A stretch of DNA of 64,000 bases from assembly GCA_002269645.1 (NCBI GenBank), contig NIVC01001743.1:124001-188000 (forward strand), read 5' to 3'. Of the stretch, positions 1 through 11,412 are shown in pieces (the stretch's first letter is position 1; each line of letters begins with the position of its first letter). The translations under genes and the position numbers were made by a program. This stretch comes from Macrostomum lignano (lineage: Eukaryota). Under the pieces are notes generated by a model. The model searched no databases, was not told the origin of the DNA, and worked only from the letters and a program-made list of their open reading frames with translations.

Positions 1-724
1 AGCTAAGCTAGTAGGCGCCGGTCACAGTGGACCAATGGCAAGGCAGTTCTCAGTCGACCAATCTATCAAATCAGTGAGCAAAACTGCCAGAAGTGCAGAA
101 TCGGCGCCAGAGATGTACTTTGTGCACTCTAGGGTAGCCAAGCGGCTCGGGTAAATGAATCACGCGGTCTCTGAAGTTCGAGTTAGTCTATCATCAGCGC
201 TATGAGAGGCTAGTTGGCGCGTTGAAGGCCAAAAGTACATATCTTCGTATTTAGCAATGTAATAGTACATGTAGCTACCCCATAGACTCGCCACCGCAAG
301 AATCCCCTGCACAAGTCCCCTCTGTACCTGCATGGCCAATGCGATCTAGTCCCAGCAGTGTCCCTTATCATCGGCTATGACTTCGAGATTGACAGCAAAA
401 AGACACTAGTTGGCAGGTAAGTGCAAAGCCCCTTCTAGTCGGAAGCCCGATTTCGAGAGTCCCGGTGTGGTGAGCCAGGGCGCACGGGCTGGTGGCAGCA
501 AGTTAGTTGATCTGCGGATTAGCTAATTTCTACTTTCAAAATTCTCCCTGCTCGTCTCTCGCTGTCCCTTTCTTAGCTATAGGACCTAGACTGCTCGCCA
601 CACGATCAAGCTACCATGGGGCTGACCATCTGACAGGAGTGGGGGGCCAGGTCTCTAATTGATTCATTTCTGAGCCTGAGGCCCGAAGGCTTCCCTAACA
701 AGGAGCCCGAAGGTCGAAACCCAT

Positions 725-726
725 CA

Positions 727-792
<66 letters not shown>

Positions 793-900
793 CCAATCAA
801 TTAATTGTGCACTAATCAATCAATCAAAGAACAATTAATCGACCAATCAATCAATTAATTAATCAGTTAATTAAATTAATCAATATCGATCGATCAAATC
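725..900. repeat. (ATCA)n microsatellite, degenerate after ~790
   Basis: Direct reading of aatcaatcaatc..., decaying towards 900. Confidence 0.95.
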
Positions 901-1208
901 AAGCTGCTCGACAAGCGGCTATCATAGACTTAAGGTGGACTAAAGGCCTAAGGTCTAAATGCGCTAAGGCTTAGGTCTAAGGTCTAAGGAAAAAGCCTAT
1001 AAGGTCACTGCACCATCGAGGCAATTATACTTATTAACAAATTGATGCCTTTACATGTGAATTAACAATGTGTGAGGATTACGAATAAGTAGCTATTTAC
1101 TCTTTGTATATCGCCTTTGTAAATGAGTTGTGAATTGATGACCCAACTGACTGACGGCCGGTACTAACAAGCCTAGTCTTTTTTAGTTCGATTCTCTTGA
1201 AGCGTGCC

Positions 1209-1572
1209 CACATGCAGGCGCGTCGCCACCGGGGGGGACAGGCCGGGGGACATGTCCCCCCCCCCAGTAAAAGCTATGAGGGAACATGCCAATGCTTTGT
1301 GTTCCCCCACCCTACCTTGTGACTCGTTGTGGCAATCAATAATGTGGCAATCTTTCGGGCGCCAAAATGAGTGCCTGTGGCGCTAAACTGAGTGTCTGCG
1401 GCGCCAAACTGAGTGCCTGCATGTGGCGCCAATCTGAGTACCTGCTGCGCCAAAATGAGCGCTGACAACACCGATTCTCAAAATAATGGACATGTAGGAA
1501 TTCATTCATGTACGTACATGGTGACTTCTTGCCTTTATCCCCCCACCATAAAATACATGGCGATCGCCCCTG
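1209..1572. mobile_element. Non-autonomous hAT-type (CAGG-ended) element
   Basis: Left end CAGGCGCGTCGCC (1215); right end GGCGATCGCCCCTG (to 1572), its imperfect reverse complement. AGCGTGCC occurs at 1201-1208 and 1573-1580 (8-bp TSD, offset 6 nt from the left TIR). Internal ~22-bp GCGCCAAA subrepeats at 1357-1460. Confidence 0.6.
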
Positions 1573-2286
1573 AGCGTGCCATAATATTTCCGAGCCAAGT
1601 CTCCAGGGCACAGTGGTATACATGTAGTTTAACCCTGTCTTAAGACGAGAAAGTCAGGACCGAATTGCGTAATACCCTGTGTTAATGAAGCAACTTGTAC
1701 AGTGCAAACTGTAGCATTGAAGCCCCAATTGCCACTATAGTCTCAGGCTGATAAAGCAGCAGCTATACTCAAGGAGCACATACTCTCACGCATATTTTAC
1801 ACATTTAATCATCCTTGGTGTTTAAACTACAGAACTACGCTTGTACATGTAAATGTGGGGTTAAACAATGAATTCATCCATTTAGTTATGGGATGGCTGT
1901 GCTGTTATAATCTGCTGACTCGGCCCGACCTGGTTTTTTTTTATTGGAGGCAAGGGGGTTGTGTGCACCCTGGCGCACTTTAAGCGACATAGGCACACAA
2001 CCGGCGAGAGGCATTACTGCCCATTCCGCTGACTCCCCTGAGCAGGCATACAAGCGCGCGGATACGTACGCAGGCACACACTCACACAGGAGTGTACAGC
2101 GGCCCTAACTTCATTTTTATCGTTAGGCATGTACACTTCACTGCGCCTTGGGGGGTTGGCTCTCAAGGCCGTTAATTGCACGAGCAGAGCCAAGCCGAGA
2201 TTCCAATTCAGCCCCAAATTAATGTGACTGCACTTGGAGTCGAGCCTGGGTCGCTGGCACACCAGAGCCTGCGCTAGACCGCTGGG

Positions 2287-3442
2287 CTACGGCCCCCCTT
2301 GGCCCGACCCGGTAGCTGTAGTAGTTTTGATCATTATTGCGGCGGCCGCAGCAGCGTTAGCGCGGTGTCTGCATCTCACCGCGCCACTTCCCCAGTGCCA
2401 ATCCTTCGATCCGCTCGCCCTGCAGCAACAAATCCGGTTAATCATGACTCCAAAGTGTCGACGAAACTTGGTGCCTATCAGATAGGGCAGCCAGTTCAGG
2501 GCTGGGTCCAGGTACATCAGGTGATTGAACAACACAGCTAGACGGTGGGTCGGCCGAGTGCAGTCAACCGCGCCCAGATGATCCAGCAGCTGTAGAATGC
2601 AGAAAGGAGCTTCGCAGGCAATGAATATCAGGCTTGTGACTAGAAATATTCTGGTCTGGGCAGTGGCCGCCACCTGTGTCGGTAGTTTGGCCTGGCTTTC
2701 GTCTCCACTCGACGCGATGGAGCCTCGGACGTTGCGCTGGCTGCGTCACAGGCTTGGCCAGGATGACGGCCAGGGAGGCGAGGAGAACTGCAAACATCAG
2801 CAAGCGAGCGGCGAACACCTGTACAGCCGGTAGGCCAGCTCGATCCTGGTGATCTGCAGGAACACGCATCTGGAGGCCAACACCTCCAGACTCCAGAAGG
2901 TGTTGGCCACCCGGATGCAAGGCAGGAGGCTGAGCAGCAGCAGCAGCGCCTGCCAGGCGACGATGTTCCGCCGACGCAGCAGACTGCGCTGCCGCATGGG
3001 CGCCAAGGTGACGACCAGCGAGTGCAAACAGAATCCCATGCGCAGGAAGGGGCTTCCGTGCATCAGCCCCAGGGTTGCCAGGTAGTAGGTCACGCACACC
3101 GGTTAGTTGGTTCGAGTGCGGAAGATCGGCACGCCCAGATTCCGTCCGAGCTGATGCCGGATGCCAGGTAGTGCGTGACCGACTAATTCCCCCGACCAGC
3201 AGGAGGTCCACGCAGCAGGTGGTGAGCATGCAGAGCCGCAAGGAGAACGGGAAGCACTTCGGGTGCCGCAGCAGCACCAGCAGGCAGCTGGCGTTGCCCC
3301 AGACTCCCAGCGACATCAACAACGGGAAAAGCCATGAGAAGACTCGGATATGAAACAGGCGGTAGTAATCAACCTCCTGCGATTGCGTGGGTTCCGTCAA
3401 GAACGAATTCGTCGTGACGTTCGATTCCAGCTCGCTTGGCAA
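2287..3442 (-). pseudogene. Rhodopsin-family (peptide/FMRFamide-receptor-like) GPCR, intronless, with about 3 frameshifts (pseudogene or assembly indels)
   Basis: TM1 LMSLGVWGNASCLLVLL and TM2 are in ORF 2564-3442. TM3-TM4 (CVTYYL...LVVTLAPMR) are in ORF 2797-3099, TM5 is back in the first frame, and TM6-TM7 (IFLVTSLIFIACEAP; NHLMYLDPALNWLPYLIGTKFR) are in ORF 2287-2673. Shifts lie near 3105, 2800 and 2680. No in-frame ATG upstream of the TTG at 3442. Confidence 0.8.
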
Positions 3443-4849
3443 ATCGTCGAACCCATTCGGGTTCCTGCAGTCTCAACATGACCAGCCGTTCGCTGCGCCT
3501 GCGGTTGCTTATCCCAGAGTGGAATTTTGTAAGAACTGCGATATACTTTTCCTGTGTGTATAGGACTGATGTAGACTTTGTACTGGCTCAACTCGCAGAA
3601 TTGGGGTTGGGGATGCCTTGCAATTCATTGGTCGAATCGGGCTTGCGAATCGCTACGGAATTCCCGGGAGCCATATAGATTCTGGCTGTCTGGGATAAAT
3701 TGGGAAGTTAATGAGATAGATTATGAAGCTTACTGCACTTTTTAAATATGCAGATAAAGTCAAGCACAAGAAACGAAAAGAATTTCGCGAGGAAGGAGAG
3801 AATGTATAATCCCGTTCAAGGATCAAGACGCTCGTGATGACAAATTCCATAAATTACATTAAGAGTACAAAAACCCAAAAACCGTCTTATTCGTCTACTC
3901 CAGTGGCAAAAGTGCGTAAACATGTAAGCGACCCCGACTTTCTCGTCTCTAGACAGACTTTACAGTATATGGCTCGGAAATCTTAATGCAAGCCTCAAGA
4001 GAATTGATAAGACCATCGATTCACACCAGTGATTTTGATTTTTTTTTGACAAAGTTTTGGTTCTTCTAAAGTGATTGATGTCTGCATGGTTAAAAGATGT
4101 TTTAAAAAATGTCACAGTATACCCTTTCAGAAAAGGAAAAAAAATCGAAGCTCGCACTTACGTGAAGTTTCGTGCAATTTCTGGCTCTCGGTCAAGTGTG
4201 CCCGGCACTGCACTCCCCCCCTCCCGGCCGCGTGCCTGCGCCAACCCCCCCATTCTGTCTGCGTCAACCCCCCCCCCAGTTGCACCCTCCCCACTGTCTG
4301 TTAGACCAGCCGGTTTTGGCTGGCTGCGGCTCCAGTGCGCCCCCTTGCTCGCCCTGCGATTGGCTGGTAGTCCAGCCAATCGGTTTGTATTCTTTCCCCC
4401 CTCCAATCGCGACCCCGACTTTGTAACTTTTATAAGACGATCGTAATTTTGGCTAGCTGGGCCTGGGTAGCGATACCCCAGGCCCAGCTAGCGCCAATAT
4501 ATGCAGGAGCGGCGGTAGGGGAGGCATCTGTTTTGGTTGAATTCTGCCAGACACAGCCATAAGTTCTAGTATTGCAATCAGACCCGAAGTTATACTCGGT
4601 TACTCAGAAGTTACCCAGCCAGAACTGCAAAGAGCGAAGTTGAGAGAAACCTCCCCTACTGCCTTCGCCGCTGCTTCGTGAAGATAAAAGAGTGAGTCGT
4701 GCGTTTTCTCATTTGAGGGACTGGCGGGGATTAATTCGTGCAATAGGGACGGGCTGATCAAGTCTCTTGAAGCGATCCCTCGCTCAGAGTCCGAAGTCAG
4801 TCCGGCCAGTTGACTGACGCCATCTTCGGCTCGTTCACTGAGATAATCA

Positions 4850-5952
4850 GAGTCGCGATCCGGCCTGTAGCACAACAATAACTTGGTTGGAAGCCAGCCG
4901 AAATCGTTGACGCTTTGAAGAAGGTCTATGGGGACACTGCTCCACCAGATCCGACCATTTACCGCTGGATTCAGGCTTTTAAGGAAGGCCGTGAGTCCAT
5001 GGAAGACGCCCAGCAGTCGGGAAGGCCCACAAAATCGCACACAGAGAAAAATTTGGCAGCTGTGCAGCAGGTAATTGAGCAGGATCGGCGCGTGACCATA
5101 GACAATATTGCTGACCAAGTGGGCATTGCTCATGGCAGTGCTCACTCCATTGTGACGGACTGTCTTGGTCTGAGCAAGCTGAGTGCCCGCTGGGTCCCGC
5201 GGCTGTTGCGGCCTGAACACCGGGTTCAGTGCACTGAGTGCGCCATCAACCTGCTGAACTGCTTGAATGCTGATTCAGAAAACTTTTACTAGCGCTTAGT
5301 GACCGGGGATGAGACATGAATATTTCAGTACGATCCCGAGTCCAAGGTCCAATCCAATGAGTGGCTGCCACGAGGATCAGCGGGCCCCAAGAAGTTCCGT
5401 GCGGAACGGTCTGCAGCGAAGGTCATGGCAATGATCTTCTGGGATGTTGAGGGAGTGGTGATGGTGGACTTCTTGGAAAACCAGAAGACCATCACTGCCA
5501 CTTAATATGAGTCGCTTCTGCGAAAGCTCTGCACCGAACTGGCCAAAAAGCGACCTGGCAAGCTGCACCATGGGATTCGCTTTCACCACGACGATGCAGG
5601 CCAGCTCACACTTCTCCGCTCTGCCATGAAGCCCTGCGAGATTTCCGCTGGGAAATCCTCCAGCATCCTCCATAAAGCCCTAGTTTGGCTCCTTCAGACT
5701 TTTTTGTTTCCCAAGCTGAAGAAAGCAATGATCCAAAATCCAAGATGAGGATAAAGAGGCTGCCAAAAAGGCTACTGTACTGTGGCTTGCTGCACAGCCT
5801 CCTGAGTTCTACGCGAACGGCCTGGAGAGATGGCGACACCGCATGGAGAAGTGCCTGACCCTGGAGGGGGACTATGTAGAAAAGTAGATTCTAATTTGAA
5901 GTTTGACACTCGTGAGAACAAAATTATCATTACTTTTTGACTGACCCTCGTA
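4850..5952 (+). mobile_element. Defective mariner (D,D34D) transposon with right TIR only
   Basis: HTH region KVYG...TIYRWIQAFKEG, then WVPR, TGDET, FHHDDA, LAPSDF, YVEK*. Stops near 5290, 5317 and 5503 and a frameshift near 5600. Right end ...ATTACTTTTTGACTGACCCTCG+TA at 5929-5952; no matching left TIR found. Confidence 0.9.
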
Positions 5953-7699
5953 TTCGCTGGAATCGGCCAGGTCCCACAGTCTACACCAAACTACGCCACT
6001 TACCACTTACCAAGACAAATACTGGAAGGCAAGGCCATTCGTATAATGTTCAGAGTGGATGAATTGTGAATACTATAGTTTGGATAATGCCTTAATTAGA
6101 TAATTTAATTAGCTATAAGCCTTTAGAGCAATCAGTGAATTCCAATTTAGAAATGATATATTTCCGCACGCTGACGAGTGCGTCAATGGCAAATGCACGA
6201 GTGCGCGCAGGAAAGAACAGTGTTGTTTGATCCATAGACAAAGTCATTCTTACGAGCTAGTATTTGACCCAGCGTGCAGGAATGAAGGCAGTCGTGCAGG
6301 AATTAAATAATCTATGGCCAAATCTCCACTGTTTTACACATGGACATCGTGCAGGAATGACACTCTCCGTTCCTGCACGCAAACAATTTATTTAAAATTG
6401 TACGCAAATGTATGGGGAGGAGAGAGAATGTACACAGACAGTGTGGAGGGAGGAAAGAGAGAGGGGTTCAAAATAAATCGATTTTTGTGCTTTTTTATTT
6501 CACGCCGGCATATAAAATTAACTCAGTGAAGGGGGAGAATGGCTCTAATAAGAATGAAATTCTTGAAAGCTTACGAGTGTGTCAATGGCAAAAGCACGAG
6601 TGCGCGAATCAGCGTGCATTTAACGCAGGCAGCGTGCATATAATGCATTATAGGCACGCTAAAAACGGGAGCAGATATTAAGTAAACAGAGATTGAAAGC
6701 AAGCATGCGGTCCTAAACTATAGTCAGCTCACGCGTAGTTCGATCTGATTCACTTCAGTGATTAAAAATGCAGTTGTGCAGTAAACCGTAGATGTTGTAG
6801 ATCACTGTAGGCCTGCCATTGCCAGTAGTGTTGGTCAGCGTCGTTGCGGTGGTGATATCAGTTGTTCCCCTGTGTTCAGAGACTGGCTCATCACTGCCAA
6901 TGAATCGACCATCACAACATGTTGCTCTTGATTAGGCGGCTCAACAGTGGTGTTAGTAGGCTCTTGGGCTGTAGGAGTCACGTCACTACCACGACGCAGT
7001 GCACGTTACATTCTTAGTTCTTACGCAAAGCAGGTTTCCAGTAGTTCCAGGACATTTTTTCCATCTGTAGGCCTGTAGAGCTGTAGAAATCTTGGACTCA
7101 GGGAATGCATCCTTGATCCTTGATAAATCCTTGAGGGAATGCGTCAGTAAATCTTTGATTTGATCCGTGGACATTCCAAGAAATTATTTCATTTGGAAAG
7201 TGCAGCAGGTCTATTAGTTTTCTTTTCTCGGCTAGTTCCATTCTCTTTTTGAGTCAGTAAAGCTAGCTCTGCTTTATTCTTCTCTCTCTTCTCGTCTTCA
7301 ACGTGCATCTAACGCAACTGCAACCTTTTGTCTATGATAATTCGTAGTATTATAATGTAACTAATATATAGCTATATATTAATCCTACATTCCTGCACGG
7401 ATGCTACGCAGAAGCGGCACAGCTCACAGCAAAACGGCAGAATAAAATTGGAGAGTGAGCTTAATTAATAGTTTCATAGCTTCAGAGTTGAGCCATGGCT
7501 GAAATTATTAAACTCCACCGTAGCACCTCCACTAATTGACTTCAACTACTGCTCTGTAAGCGGTTGTACAACGGACGCGCTGGCAATTGTGTCAACGGAG
7601 AGCAAGCTGGAAAGAGAGAGCGAAGAAGTGCTGGCTTTGTCGTTAAGCATGCCCAACAGTACTGATGCGGAGCTGGAGCTGGAGCGGAGCGGAGACTGG

Positions 7700-7905
7700 A
7701 GTCTCGAGTCGGTCCAGACGGTGTGTGGTACACAATGCAACCAGTCGGCGTCAACACTCTCGGGCCTCTGCTGAAAAAGATTTCTACCAATACCCAGCTC
7801 TCCAGGGTGTACACCGCCCACTGCGTACGTCCGACGGTCGTTACCACTCTTAATGAATCCGGCTTTGCAATCGAAACAATCGCGGAGGCCACAGATCATA
7901 AGATC
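7700..7905 (+). mobile_element. Crypton / DUF3504-type tyrosine recombinase fragment
   Basis: WYTMQPVGVNTLGPLLKKIS...LSRVYTAHCVRPTVVTTLNESG..I...TDHK matches the YT-x-H-x-x-R...TGH pattern of Crypton recombinases (recognised from memory). Confidence 0.7.
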
Positions 7906-7970
7906 AGCGCATTTTTCGTCCTTATTCTGCTCTAATTTTGATTCATGTCATGCATGCAATATGACTATCA

Positions 7971-8612
7971 TTACCATATATTGTTTCGTAGTCGTCCACA
8001 TCCGTGGAGCGCTACATCCGTCACGGAAAGAAGAGAGAGACAATCATCGCAGGCATGAGCGGGCAACTGACACGTGCCCTGACTGACAGAGACAACGTGC
8101 AGTTCGGTAGGAGTGAAAGTGCTTTGGCACAAGGTTTCTAATGGTAACCAGCCTGTCATCACAACAACGTCAAGCGCCACATCCCACATGAGTTGTAGCG
8201 CAATTTGAGATAGAGTTGTCCAGACCTGTAGACCCCATCCTCCTTGTTATTTTTCTAAGGACGTTAACTGATGGCAGTATTAGCGATTTGGTCTCCAGAA
8301 GCCGCTTATAAGCAGCCGGACTCACAGAAAACAGAATATAGGAAGCTGGCGGAGTTTTTATGAAATATGATGGCATGCTGGTCGTGCTGTATTGGGTGGG
8401 AACTGCATCTTCTCTTAATCTTCTTTTTACAAGATTGGCACTTTCTTCGTGTTGTTTCTTTTTCCGATATGCATTGCTGTCCTGATTCTCAGTAATAAAT
8501 CTGATTCCGTGAAGTCTCGGTTCGGAAACTTGTGAAATGAAATCCTCGCTGACCGTGTCGTTGCCGACTCGCTGCCGGACTTGCAGCCAAAAACGGCGCA
8601 TTTATTTGGCAT
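7971..8612 (-). mobile_element. THAP-domain P-element/THAP9-like transposase remnant, internally deleted
   Basis: MPNKCAVFGCKSG...SFHKFP (THAP start, ATG 8612); RLREDAVPT (THAP end); SPAAYKRL...LPSVNVLRK (P-transposase N-terminal motif); HACDDCLSLL. Pieces lie in different frames. Confidence 0.75.
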
Positions 8613-8888
8613 GCAGAGGACGCAAAACTTCCACAGAGGACGCAGACTTGGCTTCAGGAAAGTCACTCTGGCATATTAGTGCTTACAGGCTAAGACAAAA
8701 TAAGGCGAACGAAGCTGATTCTTTTTAGTGACAATGGCAATCTAAATTGATGCGGCAAACAAATCCTATGTCTGTGGCAATCGCAGTAAGCCTCATCTTG
8801 TATAAAAAAGTTCTCACCGCTATTTCAGTTCTCATTCCAGTTGCTAGATTTAAAATTCCTTGGCTGAGCCACCTTTTTAGTAGTGTTA

Positions 8889-9181
8889 CAGCACCAGGGG
8901 CGCCAGCACCAGGGGCGCCAGCAACAGGGGCGCCAGCACCAGGGGCGCCAGCACCAGGGGCGCCAGCAACAGGGGCGCCAGCAACAGGGGCGCCAGCACC
9001 AGGGGCGCCAGCACCAGGGGCGCCAGCACCAGGGGCGCCAGCACCAGGGGCGCCAGCACCAGGGGCGCCAGCACCAGGGGCGCCAGCACAAGGGGCGCCA
9101 GCACAAGGGGCGCCAGCACCAGGGGCGCCAGCACCAGGGGCGCCAGCACCAGGGGCGCCAGCACCAGGGGCGCCAGCACCA
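8889..9181. repeat. 15-bp minisatellite (GCACCAGGGGCGCCA), ~19 copies
   Basis: Direct reading. It explains the GAP/APG/QGRQH repeat ORFs at 8725-9290. Confidence 0.95.
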
Positions 9182-10394
9182 GAGGCTCGAAAACTACACC
9201 TGAGCACAAACTGAAATCATTAGATGCTAAAGTACATGATCGAATTACTTCAGAACACTTGGAATATTCAACATGGATCGTGAACAGCATCAGTTTTTCT
9301 GCATGCTGTTATGTAGCTCATACACTGTATATCCTACGTCCTGGGATCTACAGATCGCGCTGAAGATGTGTAAAGGTGAATGAAGGTTCCAAAAGCATTC
9401 AGTGTGCTCTGGAGAACGCATAGCGCAGAATGAGGTTTCACCATAGACAAATTAAGTCGAGAAAAATTATATATTAATTTATATTAATTTATAAAATTAT
9501 AAATTATATTTCTCTGGAGCATTCTTAATACCCGACAGGCATGCTTCCTCCGAGGCGACCTCGAGAGTGAACTTTGACCTTTTTGCGATCACGACAACGA
9601 CGATGCTCAGCACTTTGTCTGTCTGCCAGCCCGACCATCCCACGGCTCATCCAGTTCCTCCAGGGCGATCATCACCTCCCCGCTGTGTCTACGGACCACC
9701 CTGCAGCTAAGTCACGTTAAGACGAGCCTGCTTAAGTTAAGCTATTTTTCCAAGAATGACGAATGCTAGCGTCATTTTACTGCGGTTGGGCATGACATAA
9801 AAATCTGCCTGGCAAATTGTGACAGATAAAGGGCTTAGATGAATAACGGCTGCATGCGAGTACATTTGCGCACAATAGCGAACGCTAAGAGTTGACCTTT
9901 GCAAAGCCAGAAAGCAATGCAACTCGCCCTATTCTCAGTCAGACAATTAGCTGTTTATGGTAAAGCTAAGTATAGGCTAAGTTTCTTGGAAATAGCTGAC
10001 AGAACAGTGGCCTAAGTAATTACGGAAAAGGTACTGTGTATTCAGTTTTCGGTTTTAAAGTGGTTTATGAAAAACAATTCCACCAATGAGCTGAAAGTTG
10101 GACAAAGATTTTCCAGGAAACCGTGCGCCTCTTAAACAGTGTAAATATTACAGCATATATTCATGAGCGCACAGCCTCGCTTGTTTTCGTTTTCAACCGT
10201 TCTAGGTTGCATTTGGTACGTTGAGAATCCGCAACCACAAGTCATTAAAATCTTGCTCACTTCTTCTGATCAGGTAAAAACAGCTACAATTAAAAAAACC
10301 TTGGAAACTTGAAAGCTTTCAGTTGCAATTTAAAACTACTTGTTAGTCAATTCCATTTTTTATTATCCCTATAGCTTTCACTTTAGTGGTTTTA

Positions 10395-11203
10395 GGGGCT
10401 TTAGCACCAAGGGGCTTTAGCACCAAGGGGCTTTAGCACCAAGGGGCTTTAGCACCAAGGGGCTTTAGCACCAAGGGGCTTTAGCACCAAGGGGCTTTAG
10501 CACCAAGGGGCTTTAGCACCAAGGGGCTTTAGCACCAAGGGGCTTTAGCACCAAGGGGCTTTAGCACCAAGGGGCTTTAGCACCAAGGGGCTTTAGCACC
10601 AAGGGGCTTTAGCACCAAGGGGCTTTAGCACCAAGGGGCTTTAGCACCAAGGGGCTTTAGCACCAAGGGGCTTTAGCACCAAGGGGCTTTAGCACCAAGG
10701 GGCTTTAGCACCAAGGGGCTTTAGCACCAAGGGGCTTTAGCACCAAGGGGCTTTAGCACCAAGGGGCTTTAGCACCAAGGGGCTTTAGCACCAAGGGGCT
10801 TTAGCACCAAGGGGCTTTAGCACCAAGGGGCTTTAGCACCAAGGGGCTTTAGCACCAAGGGGCTTTAGCACCAAGGGGCTTTAGCACCAAGGGGCTTTAG
10901 CACCAAGGGGCTTTAGCACCAAGGGGCTTTAGCACCAAGGGGCTTTAGCACCAAGGGGCTTTAGCACCAAGGGGCTTTAGCACCAAGGGGCTTTAGCACC
11001 AAGGGGCTTTAGCACCAAGGGGCTTTAGCACCAAGGGGCTTTAGCACCAAGGGGCTTTAGCACCAAGGGGCTTTAGCACCAAGGGGCTTTAGCACCAAGG
11101 GGCTTTAGCACCAAGGGGCTTTAGCACCAAGGGGCTTTAGCACCAAGGGGCTTTAGCACCAAGGGGCTTTAGCACCAAGGGGCACCAGCACCAAGGGGCG
11201 GCA
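10395..11203. repeat. 16-bp minisatellite (GGGGCTTTAGCACCAA), 49 identical copies plus variant terminal units
   Basis: 10395-11178 = 784 bp = 49 x 16, followed by GGGGCACCAGCACCAA GGGGCGGCA. Confidence 0.95.
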
Positions 11204-11233
11204 TATTCTTTTATAACCCTAGCTATGCCCCTG
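11195..11233 (-). mobile_element. Probable terminus of a CAGGGGC-ended DNA transposon carrying the 16-bp array
   Basis: Reverse complement reads CAGGGGCATAGCTAGGGTTATAAAGAATATGCCGCCCC, resembling the CAGG termini at 1215/1572. Partner end not found. Confidence 0.4.
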
Positions 11234-11412
11234 GTCATTGATATATTCGACGAGTATATTATCTTTGATCATAAGGAATAGCTTAATCAATTTAATTACT
11301 TCTCAATTACTCTGCAAATAGACTATCTGCTTTCTCCAAAACAAATCGTTTCAAATAGCCTTTTTTGTCTCCCATATTTTAAGGAATTTCAGTCGACTCT
11401 GAAATTCAGCAG

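Noticed and set aside
668-722. Functional hammerhead ribozyme
   Set aside because: No intact CUGANGA and no stem I/III partner found. Other CTGA(T/C)GA hits (6172, 26734, 29166, 62925) lack a stem II + GAAA arrangement.
6233-8776. Full P element bounded by CATAGAC (6233) and CACAGAC (8776, minus strand)
   Set aside because: Terminal match is only ~8 of 12 bp and the flanking 8-mers (GTTTGATC vs GCAATCGC) differ.
8725-9290. Collagen-like or repetitive ORFs (GAPGAG, APGAP, QGRQH)
   Set aside because: All frames are open only because the 15-bp array has no stops; the period is 5 aa, not Gly-X-Y, and there are no unique flanking domains.
10395-11203. CRISPR-like array
   Set aside because: Identical units with no spacers, eukaryotic context and no cas genes. 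The same applies to all other arrays in the window.
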